DNA from: a phage
Reading direction: 5' to 3' (one strand)
Length of the DNA: 64,000 nucleotides
Sequence record: PZ445430.1
In this document: positions 10,333 to 20,197 of the stretch, in pieces
Layout: every line of letters starts with the position of its first letter
Numbering within the stretch: position 1 is the stretch's first letter
Notes under the pieces: model-generated
What the model was told of the DNA's origin: nothing
The model's input: only the letters and a program-made list of their open reading frames with translations
Database searches by the model: none
Translations under genes and position numbers: made by a program

Positions 10333-10564
10333 TATTGTTCCTTGAGCAAAGAAGCAAGTTCAGCATAGACTTTATCTAGCTCAAAGCCAATGCGAAGGGA
10401 CACACGAGTCTTCCGTTGTTTAAGTAACCATATGGAGACATTAGGGATGCCAGCGAGACGTGGTGGTACCACTCTACATAGTTTCTCCGCAGTATCGTAA
10501 ACAGAAGTTTTACGTTCTTTTACGGGAAACTTCCTTGTTTCCCACTTTTTATTCTTCACTGTCA
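10332..10564 (-). CDS. small hypothetical protein
   Basis: About 77 aa from an internal ATG; abuts the HNH gene; overlaps the stop of the large ATPase gene. Confidence 0.3.
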
Positions 10565-13338
10565 TTTCTAGCCCCCAATTCAGCAAGAGCTTCCTCATGC
10601 ATCTGACGTTCTTCATCTGTCATAAACTTAACTGGAATCGGCATACATTCGATCTTACAGTAAGTTCTGTACCAGTCCACAATCTTTTCCGTATCCAGAT
10701 CTTTACCAATACCCATCATGCCAAGATACATACGAGCATATTTTGGGTTAGCACTCTGACCTGTCTTAAGGAAGAAATCCTTCTTCTTATTCTTAAGAGC
10801 TTCAATAAAAGGTTTGATTGTTACGTTTGAACACTTCTTAATATCCTCCCAGAACATATCGTGCATCTTATGGAAGAATGCAGCTCTATCGTTTGGTTTA
10901 TCCTTGATATATTGTTCAACGTGTTCCACTGTTACATCTTTAATAGAATCCAGATGATAATAGCGAACCAGAAGTAACTTGGCTTCATATGCATCTGCAT
11001 GACGTGGTGCGCAGTATTCAGGAGTTGAGTGCAAAATAGCTTTGATTCGCTCTTCTGTATACTCTTTGCCTGCACCTTCGATAGTTCCCCAGCTTTCACT
11101 GAAAATATCAATAGTTGCACCTTGATCGAGAAGATAATACCGCAAAGTACTGGTATAGTTTCTAGATTCCAGCTCACGACGACGTGCGTACAGTTGTTGG
11201 GCTAACTCAATCCAACCTTCGTCAATATTATATTGCTCGGAACCCGCAGAAAATCCACTCGTAGATTTATCAATAAAATAATAAATGTTCTGAGCACCAC
11301 GGTCGCGCCTGATTGCTTGAAAACGCATGTTTGGCGCTTGGTTTGAGGTTCTAGTAATTACGAATACATTATCAAAATAGTTAAAGTCAACACCACTCGT
11401 TACAGATGGACTACATAATAAACAATCAATCTGTTGATCAATTAGCTCATTAGTTGTATAATCCAGAATACGTCGGATATCTACATCAGACGTAGAGTTT
11501 GAGTGAATTTCTTTAACTAACGCACCAGTATTACGACGTAACGCCATTCCCTTTTCATTCAGTTCATCTGGTCCACAGTCAGATACTAGGATTGACTTCT
11601 CACCCATCTCTAGAGATGTTTGAAGTGCAACCCAAATACTGGATTCATCAGGGAATTCATAAGCATGAGCTTTCGCCAGCATTTTACGGTGGTGATTATA
11701 AAATGCGACTGGTTTATCAAAATCAATCAAAGAACCATAGGCTTCAATCGTTTCTGCACTGATATCCCCATCAGATAAGATCACCGTTTTTGCAGTAATA
11801 AGAATATCACGAAGAACCTGAATACATTCACGACGGTTTTTAACAACCGGAGCGAATAACAGATCATTCATTACTGCGTCACATTCATCAATAAAGATCG
11901 TATCAATCTGACCCACAAAGCTCTTGAACTTATGTATAGAGTGAATAGTTGAAGACATACGATCAATAGCACCACGTTTGAAGTTCAGCATATCAACTGA
12001 CTTATCATACTGGCCAGCACCGAATTTCTTCGCATTAGAAGATACAAGTGCCCTAGTATTTGTGATTGCAATAAAGTTTCCTGGAAGAACACCTGCATCT
12101 AGCCACTTAGTTACTGCGGTAGTTTTACCCGTACCAAGACTTGCCTTAACAAATGTTAAATGTCCTTTTGGTGGTACAATGTTAATTTTCAGGTATGGAA
12201 CTTCTGGTGGAGAATCTGTGTCTAGACGTTTTAATGGTACACCTTTTAAGTTTGGTGGAATCTCACGTTTGGAGTTATTTACAAAGGCTTTGAGAGCCTG
12301 CTTACGACCGTTATTAAAGTAATCTTGAATATTACGACTATTATCTTTAGTCGCAATATACTCAGATAAAGCTGGTTTAATCTCACGTTCTAACCACGTA
12401 AAGTCAACACCATCTTCTAACGCTCTGTGATAAAGTTTTGGGATAATACGCAGGTACACTCCATCCTCAGCTTCTTCTAGTTCGCTGATGGTTTCTTCCA
12501 CTTTATCAGATGCAGCCTTCTTGCCTTTAATTTGGTCAAGTAAGGAGTAGAATTCTTCTTTAAACTCACCTCTAGTTGTTTCAAAGTCAACTAGGTTATT
12601 GGGTAGATTCACTTTCGAACCCTTAACATACACAAGACGTGGTTTATTCTCCGCTTTAAACGGATCGACTATACCATCATCAAATAAGGGGTCTGCAAAA
12701 TAGTGAAGCTGAACAGAAGAATAATAAGCTAAGTCAGCAATATCAAAACCATACTTTTGCTTACTACTGTCATTGATAGATGTAAATAAGAACTTTAACT
12801 GACCTTGCGTTACCTTGACATTAGATTCTAGCATTAAGTGCATTCGGATACCTGGTTTTAGGCCAGCCGAAGACGATGCATGAGCAATAAACCCTGCATC
12901 AAGAGGAAACATATCCTCACTAATACTATTCAACATCTTAATAATATGACGTGCCATGCCAACAAGATTAAACTTGTCATAGCCACCAGTATCTACAATA
13001 CCATCCACGTCCATAGCGATAATATGACTAGGATTGGATACGTTAAAGTTTCCTCTGGTACGACGCACATTATCTTTTGGAGCTAAACATTTACCACGAA
13101 TAGCTACAATATGCGGGTCTTTGGTAAGACGACGCATGATAGGTAACATTTCAGCAAGGTTTTGCGGGTCAAGTTCTTCAAGTACATCAAATTTGAAGGG
13201 CATGGAAGCTGGTTTACCTTCTGGATGCTCTTTAGAGAATCGCTTTGCAAAGGTGTAGTCTTCCACTTTGATCTCTTTCCAGATGCCAGTGGCTTTATCT
13301 CTGGAAAATCCTGCGTGACCTTGTAGGATTGAGAACAC
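10549..13338 (-). CDS. large replication-associated P-loop ATPase (primase/helicase or origin-binding type)
   Basis: Walker A SLGTGKTT and Walker B-like IFIDECDAV; probable GTG start at 13338, 7 nt after AGGAG; the listed 970 aa N-terminus looks non-coding. Confidence 0.55.
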   Translation of the reverse strand: MFSILQGHAGFSRDKATGIWKEIKVEDYTFAKRFSKEHPEGKPASMPFKFDVLEELDPQNLAEMLPIMRRLTKDPHIVAIRGKCLAPKDNVRRTRGNFNVSNPSHIIAMDVDGIVDTGGYDKFNLVGMARHIIKMLNSISEDMFPLDAGFIAHASSSAGLKPGIRMHLMLESNVKVTQGQLKFLFTSINDSSKQKYGFDIADLAYYSSVQLHYFADPLFDDGIVDPFKAENKPRLVYVKGSKVNLPNNLVDFETTRGEFKEEFYSLLDQIKGKKAASDKVEETISELEEAEDGVYLRIIPKLYHRALEDGVDFTWLEREIKPALSEYIATKDNSRNIQDYFNNGRKQALKAFVNNSKREIPPNLKGVPLKRLDTDSPPEVPYLKINIVPPKGHLTFVKASLGTGKTTAVTKWLDAGVLPGNFIAITNTRALVSSNAKKFGAGQYDKSVDMLNFKRGAIDRMSSTIHSIHKFKSFVGQIDTIFIDECDAVMNDLLFAPVVKNRRECIQVLRDILITAKTVILSDGDISAETIEAYGSLIDFDKPVAFYNHHRKMLAKAHAYEFPDESSIWVALQTSLEMGEKSILVSDCGPDELNEKGMALRRNTGALVKEIHSNSTSDVDIRRILDYTTNELIDQQIDCLLCSPSVTSGVDFNYFDNVFVITRTSNQAPNMRFQAIRRDRGAQNIYYFIDKSTSGFSAGSEQYNIDEGWIELAQQLYARRRELESRNYTSTLRYYLLDQGATIDIFSESWGTIEGAGKEYTEERIKAILHSTPEYCAPRHADAYEAKLLLVRYYHLDSIKDVTVEHVEQYIKDKPNDRAAFFHKMHDMFWEDIKKCSNVTIKPFIEALKNKKKDFFLKTGQSANPKYARMYLGMMGIGKDLDTEKIVDWYRTYCKIECMPIPVKFMTDEERQMHEEALAELGARNDSEE

Positions 13339-13834
13339 AACAATACTCCTATGTTGGTTATTCGGATATCTTTCTTTAGGACTATTCAAAAGAATAGAAC
13401 AACTATTACTACCATTTACACAAACATTAATCATCATCAAGCAGTATGAATAAGTTATCATACCTCAGTGCTGCGCTCTCTTAACTCTTATCCAGATCAG
13501 AATCTAGGTCATTGGCCGCTAAGCCGATTCTGATTGCCCTCACTATCCTATTGGTAGGTGGCTACTGGACGTGTCACCATTCGCTGCTCTTTTCGTTCGC
13601 ACCCCCATATAAAGCTCTGCCTATATAACGAGCTAAATATGCACGGTTTGGATTTACCTTTCCGAATTCAGGGTACGCAGATCACTTAATTGATAATTAA
13701 CTAACGCAGTATAAACACTAGTAATAGTTAAAACAACCCTTAATGGGGCAGCCTAACTGTTCCGTATTGCGGATTGTAAACAAGAAAAATTAGCAAAATC
13801 AATTTTTACTAATGTCTCTCAATTCAATATAAAT

Positions 13835-13863
13835 ATTATATCAAGATTTTGAGCATCCTGCAA
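13835..13863 (-). promoter_or_regulatory. sigma70-type promoter (minus strand) heading a 490 bp ORF-free region
   Basis: Minus strand reads TTGCAG, 17 bp, TATAAT. Confidence 0.5.
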
Positions 13864-13954
13864 GTAAAATTTTTCCGAAGGTGCTATCAGTGTCCTTGAG
13901 CACAGAGAAAACCGAGTCATTTTGACTCGGTAATCAGGATTGAGCTAATGAAAA

Positions 13955-14350
13955 TCAATCATCATTTAGGCCTGGGACATAGATTCCAATGCGATTTAAT
14001 TGACCTTTAGCTTCTTCGAGAATATCTTCGGTGTACTCCCAAATATCATCTTCTACTTGCAAAAGATAAGGGGATTCACCAGTTTCGGGGTCACGTGTAA
14101 TGGCTAAGCCACGTGGATGGAATATAGAGAAGTTGAGGGCAACAATCAAGCCCATGCTGGACAATTCATTCCAGTCAGCTTCCCAACCATCATCTTCATC
14201 TTCGTCCACAAAGACACCTACACTAGGGTCTGTTACAGAAGTAAACGGAAATGTTACACTAACCTTGTCAACCCCCAACCAACGTGCAAGGAGCCCTTCA
14301 GCACGCTCTACCAAATTAGGATCTATCTGACGCCAAAATACTTGTTCCAT
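13955..14350 (-). CDS. hypothetical protein, paralog A of a tandem pair
   Basis: 131 aa; shares W-x-EL-x-x-MGL-x-x-ALN and a GY-x-x-PGL C-terminus with the adjacent ORF. Confidence 0.5.
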   Translation of the reverse strand: MEQVFWRQIDPNLVERAEGLLARWLGVDKVSVTFPFTSVTDPSVGVFVDEDEDDGWEADWNELSSMGLIVALNFSIFHPRGLAITRDPETGESPYLLQVEDDIWEYTEDILEEAKGQLNRIGIYVPGLNDD

Positions 14351-14359
14351 TCTGCCTCC

Positions 14360-14788
14360 TTAAGCAGTTAAACCTGGGATCATATACCCGAAACGACGAA
14401 GTTTCTGAATCCCCTCATTTACTTCTTCGGGCGAATATGACCAGCCCTCACGTTCATTTACCTGGAAAGCAGGAGCTTCACCAGTGCGATAGTTTACAAT
14501 AAGACGGTGATTTGCAGGCATAAACAGCTTATGGTTCAAGGCAAAAACCAGACCCATTTCATCTAGTTCTTTCCAGTCTACAATTTCTTCTACTCTCTCA
14601 CCTAAATCCACGCTAACTCCAATACATGGAGCTTCCTCTAGTGGGCCTTTAAAGGATAGGAAGATATCGTTATTATCACACCAAATCTTAAGCAGATTGA
14701 TGGTTTCATTATACATACCATTAGGGAGAGAACGCCAGAAGTTGAGGAGCATAGGGTTTACCTCTTTCATGAAAAGATTATCGAACAT
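14360..14788 (-). CDS. hypothetical protein, paralog B of a tandem pair
   Basis: 142 aa; same conserved blocks as 13955-14350. Confidence 0.5.
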   Translation of the reverse strand: MFDNLFMKEVNPMLLNFWRSLPNGMYNETINLLKIWCDNNDIFLSFKGPLEEAPCIGVSVDLGERVEEIVDWKELDEMGLVFALNHKLFMPANHRLIVNYRTGEAPAFQVNEREGWSYSPEEVNEGIQKLRRFGYMIPGLTA

Positions 14789-14790
14789 AT

Positions 14791-15330
14791 TTACACCTTA
14801 AGTTTCTGAAGAGCCTTACACATTTCAAGATCTGGACTAAACTCCAGCATATAGCTGATAGCATTTAAATCTTGAAGGTTTATTCCAGTCCTGCCATTTA
14901 CAATAACAGTAGGGAATTGGTACATCATAGCACCAGCATCATCTAGGACACACCAATGCTTGAGCTTATATTTTTCGACGAAACGTAAAACAGAATTACC
15001 CCGAGATAAACCACCTCCAGTAAAATCTGTTGTACCAAGGAAACGATCGATCAAACCGAGCCCGGTCATAATCTGAACGTTCTCCATCTCATTTCGTACA
15101 GAAAACCATGAAGATACCCCAACAATCATTATTGGGGATGGCTTAAGAAAGTTCTGAAAAGCCTGGAGTAATGGCTTGTAAACCCAATCACCACCAAAGA
15201 ATAGCTTCTCACTATCTGGAGCATGATGGTGAGAGATGCTCGAATTGAGCACCCCATCAATATCCAGGAAAATCACAGGAGTATTACTTATTTCCACCAG
15301 TAGCATCCCACGTCCAGACTTTAACTTCAT
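14791..15330 (-). CDS. HAD-superfamily hydrolase/phosphatase-like protein
   Basis: 179 aa; HAD motif I-like VIFLDIDGVLN near the N-terminus. Confidence 0.5.
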   Translation of the reverse strand: MKLKSGRGMLLVEISNTPVIFLDIDGVLNSSISHHHAPDSEKLFFGGDWVYKPLLQAFQNFLKPSPIMIVGVSSWFSVRNEMENVQIMTGLGLIDRFLGTTDFTGGGLSRGNSVLRFVEKYKLKHWCVLDDAGAMMYQFPTVIVNGRTGINLQDLNAISYMLEFSPDLEMCKALQKLKV

Positions 15331-15468
15331 CAGTAAAAGGAACTGGAACCTTCAATTCACCTTTACCCCACATAACAGATAGGAACAGAGAATAAATGGT
15401 AATCATACCGATTAGGTTGACAAACCATACTAGACCTTTCCAGATACCCTTAAAAATCTTCTTCACCA
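15284..15468 (-). CDS. small membrane protein
   Basis: 61 aa from the ATG behind a strong AAGGAGGG RBS; hydrophobic segment GLVWFVNLIGMITIYSLFLSV. Confidence 0.4.
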
Positions 15469-15632
15469 TATTCTCCCTCCTTAATAAGGAACTCTTTCCA
15501 TTCTGCTGTATCCTCATAGATAACGCAGAAATCATCACTCTTCCATGAGAAGTCATCAGTAGCAAATTCGAAACGGTAGCACCAACTACCATCTGGCCAT
15601 ACTAAAAGATCACACATGCTTTTCTGGGACAT
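15450..15632 (-). CDS. small acidic hypothetical protein
   Basis: 60 aa from the ATG behind a GGAGGG RBS; acidic C-terminus EGEYGEEDF. Confidence 0.4.
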   Translation of the reverse strand: MSQKSMCDLLVWPDGSWCYRFEFATDDFSWKSDDFCVIYEDTAEWKEFLIKEGEYGEEDF

Positions 15633-16461
15633 AAATATTTCCCTCCATAAAAGCTTCAACTTGATCAATAAAGTGTTTATTACCAAAAACTTCGGCAGCT
15701 CCAGCACGCCATACAGTAACACCACGTTTCTCATACTCAAGCTGTTCGTCATAACGAACTTGTGGGTTAACAACCATCATCTTAGTTCCACGACATACAG
15801 CAGGAAATAATTCCCAGTTGAAGTTGATAACTTGGTTACTACAACCCACCACAATAACCATGTCATTGCTAGTAAGAGTATCAAACAGGTTGATTTGACC
15901 CATGTACCACGGAGCTGTCTCACCAAAGAACACCACGTTTGGTTTTACCCATTCGTAATCTTCAGGGGCAATCGCAGTATACCCAACATCTTCGATGATT
16001 TGATTGCGACCCTGATGATAGATCACCTCTTTCAAGTACCCGTGAGCGTGAATGATTTCATCACGAGGGATACCAGCACGTTCCAGAAGGTCATCAACGT
16101 TAGTAGTGAAGTTCTTCACGCTACCCGCATCATAACGCTGGAACCATTCTGCAATTCGCAGATGGGCAATGTTAGGCTCAACAGTCTGTAGTTCCTGACG
16201 ACGCATGTTGTAGAACTCATGAGTCTTGAGATACAGATCGTTACCATCTTCATCAATGCCAGGGAAACGAGCGCTGAAGTAGTTAGGATCATCTTCACCA
16301 CAGAAGCGACGGAAGCCAGCTTCAAAGTTAGGCAAGCTACATACTTCCTCTAGATCGTACTCATCCCACAAAGATTTTCCACTAGCAGTATCAGTACGGA
16401 AAGCACGAACACCACTATCTACACTCAAACCTGCACCACTAACAACAATTAGTCTACGCAT
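15610..16461 (-). CDS. SIR2-family (sirtuin-like) NAD-dependent protein
   Basis: 283 aa; sirtuin NAD-binding motif VVSGAGLSVDSGVRAFR; catalytic-type HG in IIHAHGY; VVFFGE block; no canonical CxxC-CxxC zinc module. Confidence 0.7.
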   Translation of the reverse strand: MRRLIVVSGAGLSVDSGVRAFRTDTASGKSLWDEYDLEEVCSLPNFEAGFRRFCGEDDPNYFSARFPGIDEDGNDLYLKTHEFYNMRRQELQTVEPNIAHLRIAEWFQRYDAGSVKNFTTNVDDLLERAGIPRDEIIHAHGYLKEVIYHQGRNQIIEDVGYTAIAPEDYEWVKPNVVFFGETAPWYMGQINLFDTLTSNDMVIVVGCSNQVINFNWELFPAVCRGTKMMVVNPQVRYDEQLEYEKRGVTVWRAGAAEVFGNKHFIDQVEAFMEGNIYVPEKHV

Positions 16462-16655
16462 TATACGATTCCTTGCTTGAATCCTTCGATGATATTTTGG
16501 AGCAGAATTGCTTCTTCTGGGCGAACCTTCTCTTGCTTAATAAGCATATCCAAACCAGCAATACAGGTAGCTACTCCAGCATTATACCCAGCATTCCACT
16601 GCTCCATAAGCATATTTTCTAAATTACTTTTTAGATTCTGATTCAAGAAGTCCAT
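16461..16655 (-). CDS. small hypothetical protein
   Basis: About 65 aa from an internal Met of the listed 92 aa ORF. Confidence 0.3.
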   Translation of the reverse strand: MDFLNQNLKSNLENMLMEQWNAGYNAGVATCIAGLDMLIKQEKVRPEEAILLQNIIEGFKQGIV

Positions 16656-16827
16656 AAAGTTTTTCCTCCAATTCCATAATACGATTTTCGTAAGAAGCAC
16701 GCAGCTTCTCGATGGACAAAGCACGAACTGTAACTTCATCTGAATTGATCGCTAGCTGAGCTAGATCTTCTGTTTCCATACGTCCGTTGTAAATTAAGCG
16801 ATATTTAAGATGTTTTACGTTTTTCAT
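16624..16827 (-). CDS. small hypothetical protein
   Basis: 67 aa; coiled-coil-like C-terminus. Confidence 0.35.
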   Translation of the reverse strand: MKNVKHLKYRLIYNGRMETEDLAQLAINSDEVTVRALSIEKLRASYENRIMELEEKLYGLLESESKK

Positions 16828-16836
16828 TCTTGTTCC

Positions 16837-17118
16837 TTAGTTCTGTACTGTAAATTCATTCTTATCACAGTGAGCATAATAATACCCATACATACGATAA
16901 ATTTTCACAGCCTTAGTAGACCCCTTCGATTCTTCATAATCAATCCAGAGCCACTTGTCTTTACCTACATAATGTACCCGAAACTTCTTAACTTTCTTAT
17001 CATTCCATGTTGCAACAACACGACGATAATCAAATCCACCCAACCAATCTAGAGCCTTACGTTCTTCACTAGGCTCTCCAAGATAGGAAACATCTACTTT
17101 CGGAAGCAATTCGCTCAT
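16837..17118 (-). CDS. hypothetical protein
   Basis: 93 aa; GAGAGGAGAAAG RBS; minus-strand promoter 17147-17175 upstream. Confidence 0.5.
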   Translation of the reverse strand: MSELLPKVDVSYLGEPSEERKALDWLGGFDYRRVVATWNDKKVKKFRVHYVGKDKWLWIDYEESKGSTKAVKIYRMYGYYYAHCDKNEFTVQN

Positions 17119-17146
17119 AGCTTTCTCCTCTCAAATTTATAAATCA

Positions 17147-17175
17147 ATTATACATAAGTTTTAGCTCGAAAGCAA
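17147..17175 (-). promoter_or_regulatory. sigma70-type promoter (minus strand)
   Basis: Minus strand reads TTGCTT, 17 bp, TATAAT, then TTGATTTATAAATTTGAGAGGAG leader. Confidence 0.55.
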
Positions 17176-17216
17176 ATAAAATAAAAGCCAGGTCGACTAG
17201 CAACCTGGCTGATTCA

Positions 17217-19091
17217 TTATTTAGCGCGAATGTCCTGATGTTTCACTCGACCCATAACCTCATGTTGTTTACCTGGGTTAAATGGACGAGCACCTGGATT
17301 TCCGAGATATCCACAAACTCGACGAGTTACCTCAAGAGTCTCAGGATCATGGTTGCCACAAATTGGGCATTTGAAACCATCCTCAGAAGCTATAGTTTCA
17401 CCCAAGAACCCACATTCCCCACAAGAGTCTACTGGAGTATTAATACCAAAGTAATGAACTTTACTTGCGGCATAGTTAATAACCCATTCCAGTGCATCTG
17501 GGAATCGTTTCATATCCGGCAATTCCACATAGGAAATGCATCCACCAGAAGCAATTGGAGTAAAGTTAGACTCATAATCGAACTTCACGTTTGGAGCAAC
17601 CTTACGTTCTACATCAAGGTGATGGGAATTAGTGTAATATCCTTTAGCCAGAATATCTTCATGCTCTGGAAAATACTCACGGTCTAGGCGACAGAAGCGA
17701 TCACATAGAGATTCAGATGGTGTAGCATATAGACTATACCCTAATTGAGTCTCTTCCTTCTTCTGATCAGCACGATCACGCATGTATTGTAGCACACGTT
17801 GAACGAACTTGACACAAGACTCAGACATTGTATCTACATCTTTACCAAACATGAACTGCAACATTTCGTGGCAGCCTATATATCCTAGAGATACAGAAGC
17901 ACGCTTGTAGAAATGATCAAACACATACTCATCTGGCCCCAGACGTAATCCAAAGGCTCCTGACATATAGAGGATGGGCGCAGCTTTAGCTTGGATGTAT
18001 TTTAAGCGATCAACCCTCCACTCCAATGCTTTTAACGCGGTATCCACACGCAGCTCAAGTAGATCGAAGAATAGATCAATATTTCCTTCCGCTTCGATAG
18101 CGATTCGAGGAAGGTTTACGGAAACAACGCCTAAGTTGTTACGACCAGAAGTTTCACCATCTTCCGCAGCAGCCAGGAATGAACGACAGCCCATAGAGAC
18201 TTTGTAGTCTCCCGTAACTTCTACAACCTTATCATAACTGATGTAGTCAGGATACATACGTTCAGCAGTACATTTCATAGCTAACTTCTTGATATCATAG
18301 TTAACATCACCAGGTTTCATGTTTACGCCATCACGCAAAACAAATACCAGTTTAGGGAAGATAGCTGTACGTTTATTGATACCCAAACCATCCATACGCA
18401 CTTCTAGGATTGCTTTCTGTACAAGACGTGCTTCCCAAGAAGTTCCTAGACCAAACCCAAAGGTAATAAACGGACTTTGACCATTAGAGTTGAACATCGT
18501 ATTGATTTCATACTCCAGGCCCTGACAGGCATCGTAAACTTCTTTCTCAGTCATTTCCGTAGCCATTACAGATGCTTTAGCTTCATCCTTAGTCCAACGC
18601 TTTGCAAACGCATGATTCTTATCATAAGACTTACGAACATAAGGAGCCAATACTTCATCTAATCGGTCTACAGAAGTACCCCCATATTGATGTGAACTAA
18701 CCTGAGTGATAATCTGAGCTGTGATAGCAGCCGCAGTAGTAATAGAGTTTGGTGTACTGATTTCAGCATTACCAACCTTCATACCATTCTTCAACATATC
18801 TTCCAAAGCAACCAGGCAACAGTTAGTCATACCTAACGCAGCGTAATCAGCATCATGGAAGTGAATATCACCAATCATGTGAGCATTTCGAATCTGGATT
18901 GGCATTTCTTCCAGAATCAGATATTTACTCAATTCCCCTGCAAGCATATCCCTTTGTGTAGGGAAACGTTCTGAGGGCTTATTGGCATTATTAAACAGCA
19001 GCTCTTCATCTGCTGAACCTTCGATAATTTCTTTGCAGTTTCGAATCAAGGACTGCATTCCTTTATACTTTAGTTCTTCATTGTGATTCAT
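17217..19091 (-). CDS. nrdD: anaerobic ribonucleoside-triphosphate reductase (class III)
   Basis: 624 aa; C-terminal zinc ribbon CGECG...CPICG followed by glycyl-radical motif RVCGYLG. Confidence 0.85.
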   Translation of the reverse strand: MNHNEELKYKGMQSLIRNCKEIIEGSADEELLFNNANKPSERFPTQRDMLAGELSKYLILEEMPIQIRNAHMIGDIHFHDADYAALGMTNCCLVALEDMLKNGMKVGNAEISTPNSITTAAAITAQIITQVSSHQYGGTSVDRLDEVLAPYVRKSYDKNHAFAKRWTKDEAKASVMATEMTEKEVYDACQGLEYEINTMFNSNGQSPFITFGFGLGTSWEARLVQKAILEVRMDGLGINKRTAIFPKLVFVLRDGVNMKPGDVNYDIKKLAMKCTAERMYPDYISYDKVVEVTGDYKVSMGCRSFLAAAEDGETSGRNNLGVVSVNLPRIAIEAEGNIDLFFDLLELRVDTALKALEWRVDRLKYIQAKAAPILYMSGAFGLRLGPDEYVFDHFYKRASVSLGYIGCHEMLQFMFGKDVDTMSESCVKFVQRVLQYMRDRADQKKEETQLGYSLYATPSESLCDRFCRLDREYFPEHEDILAKGYYTNSHHLDVERKVAPNVKFDYESNFTPIASGGCISYVELPDMKRFPDALEWVINYAASKVHYFGINTPVDSCGECGFLGETIASEDGFKCPICGNHDPETLEVTRRVCGYLGNPGARPFNPGKQHEVMGRVKHQDIRAK

Positions 19092-19130
19092 TATACCCTC
19101 CTTCTCTAACTAAGACTACTATTATAACTC

Positions 19131-19160
19131 ATTCGAAGGCGGATGTCAACAATATTTTAC
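19131..19160 (-). promoter_or_regulatory. sigma70-type promoter for nrdD (minus strand)
   Basis: Minus strand reads TTGACA, 18 bp, TATAAT, about 40 nt upstream of the nrdD start. Confidence 0.55.
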
Positions 19161-19341
19161 TATAAAGTTCTGTAACATGATCTGAGTCAAAAAATTTTAT
19201 TTGCCAACCTCTACTAAAAATAGTATAATCACGCACCCGTGCACGCGATATAAAATGATTATCTAGTACCATACATCTCCCAATAAAAGCAAGCAAATTT
19301 TTTATTTAAATGCAATATCATAGGCTTATTTAAAATTGTAG

Positions 19342-19370
19342 TTGCTTTCTCCCGTATATATTGGTATAAT
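19342..19370 (+). promoter_or_regulatory. sigma70-type promoter for phoH
   Basis: TTGCTT, 17 bp, TATAAT. Confidence 0.6.
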
Positions 19371-19443
19371 ATATTTGTAAGTTGATAAACAAGATCTTTT
19401 TGTTGATCCTCTGTTAGCGAAGTACACTATAGGAGTGTTATTT

Positions 19444-20196
19444 ATGGGAAAAGCACGTCAAAAAAGAGAGAACCGCAATGGTTCAAGAAAGCGTGGCAAC
19501 AAGTACGAGAGTAACGTAATTCAAGCAGATTTCTCTGGTGATTACGCCAATCCAGTTGCTAAACCCCTAGTTGGTAAAAACCGTGAGCAAAAATCATATA
19601 TCAATATGATCAAGAACAACACAGTGACTGTGGGTATTGGTGAACCAGGTACTGGTAAAACCTTTATTCCATCCGTTCTTGCAGCTCAGGAACTCGTAGA
19701 CATTCACTCAGATATTGAGCAAGTGATCCTCGTGCGTCCGAACGAACCTCTAGGTAAATCTCTTGGTATGCTCCCAGGTGATCTGGCAGAAAAGCTAGAG
19801 CCTTGGTTGGAACCAATAGCCGATGGCATGAAATGGGCAATCGGTGATCACGCCTACAAAGGATATGTCGAACGTCAGAAAATTAAATTCCTGGCTATCG
19901 AACATGCCCGTGGCCGAACTTTCAACAACTCCTATGTAATTGTCGATGAAGCTCAGAATATCTCCGTTGAAGCAATGATCTGTCTCCTGACTCGTGTAGG
20001 ACAAGATTGTCGTTTAATTATCTGTGGGGATATAGCGCAGAAAGACATCAAGGGTGATTCAGGTCTAGCACTTCTTATGGAAGTCTATGAGAAGTATGAA
20101 AACTCTCCTTTCTCTATGATCGAACTGATCGACAACGTTCGCTCACCAGAGTCTAAAGCATTCTACGATATCTTTAAGGATATGGGGAAGGTGTAA
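19444..20196 (+). CDS. phoH: PhoH-like ATPase
   Basis: Walker A GIGEPGTGKTF; Walker B-like VIVDEAQN; ATG at 19444 is 8 nt after AGGAG. Confidence 0.8.
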   Translation: MGKARQKRENRNGSRKRGNKYESNVIQADFSGDYANPVAKPLVGKNREQKSYINMIKNNTVTVGIGEPGTGKTFIPSVLAAQELVDIHSDIEQVILVRPNEPLGKSLGMLPGDLAEKLEPWLEPIADGMKWAIGDHAYKGYVERQKIKFLAIEHARGRTFNNSYVIVDEAQNISVEAMICLLTRVGQDCRLIICGDIAQKDIKGDSGLALLMEVYEKYENSPFSMIELIDNVRSPESKAFYDIFKDMGKV

Positions 20197-20197
20197 T

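Noticed and set aside
13339-13461. N-terminal 41 codons of the listed 970 aa ORF
   Set aside because: Cys/Asn-rich junk-like translation with no RBS; an AGGAG-GTG start at 13338 gives a more plausible N-terminus
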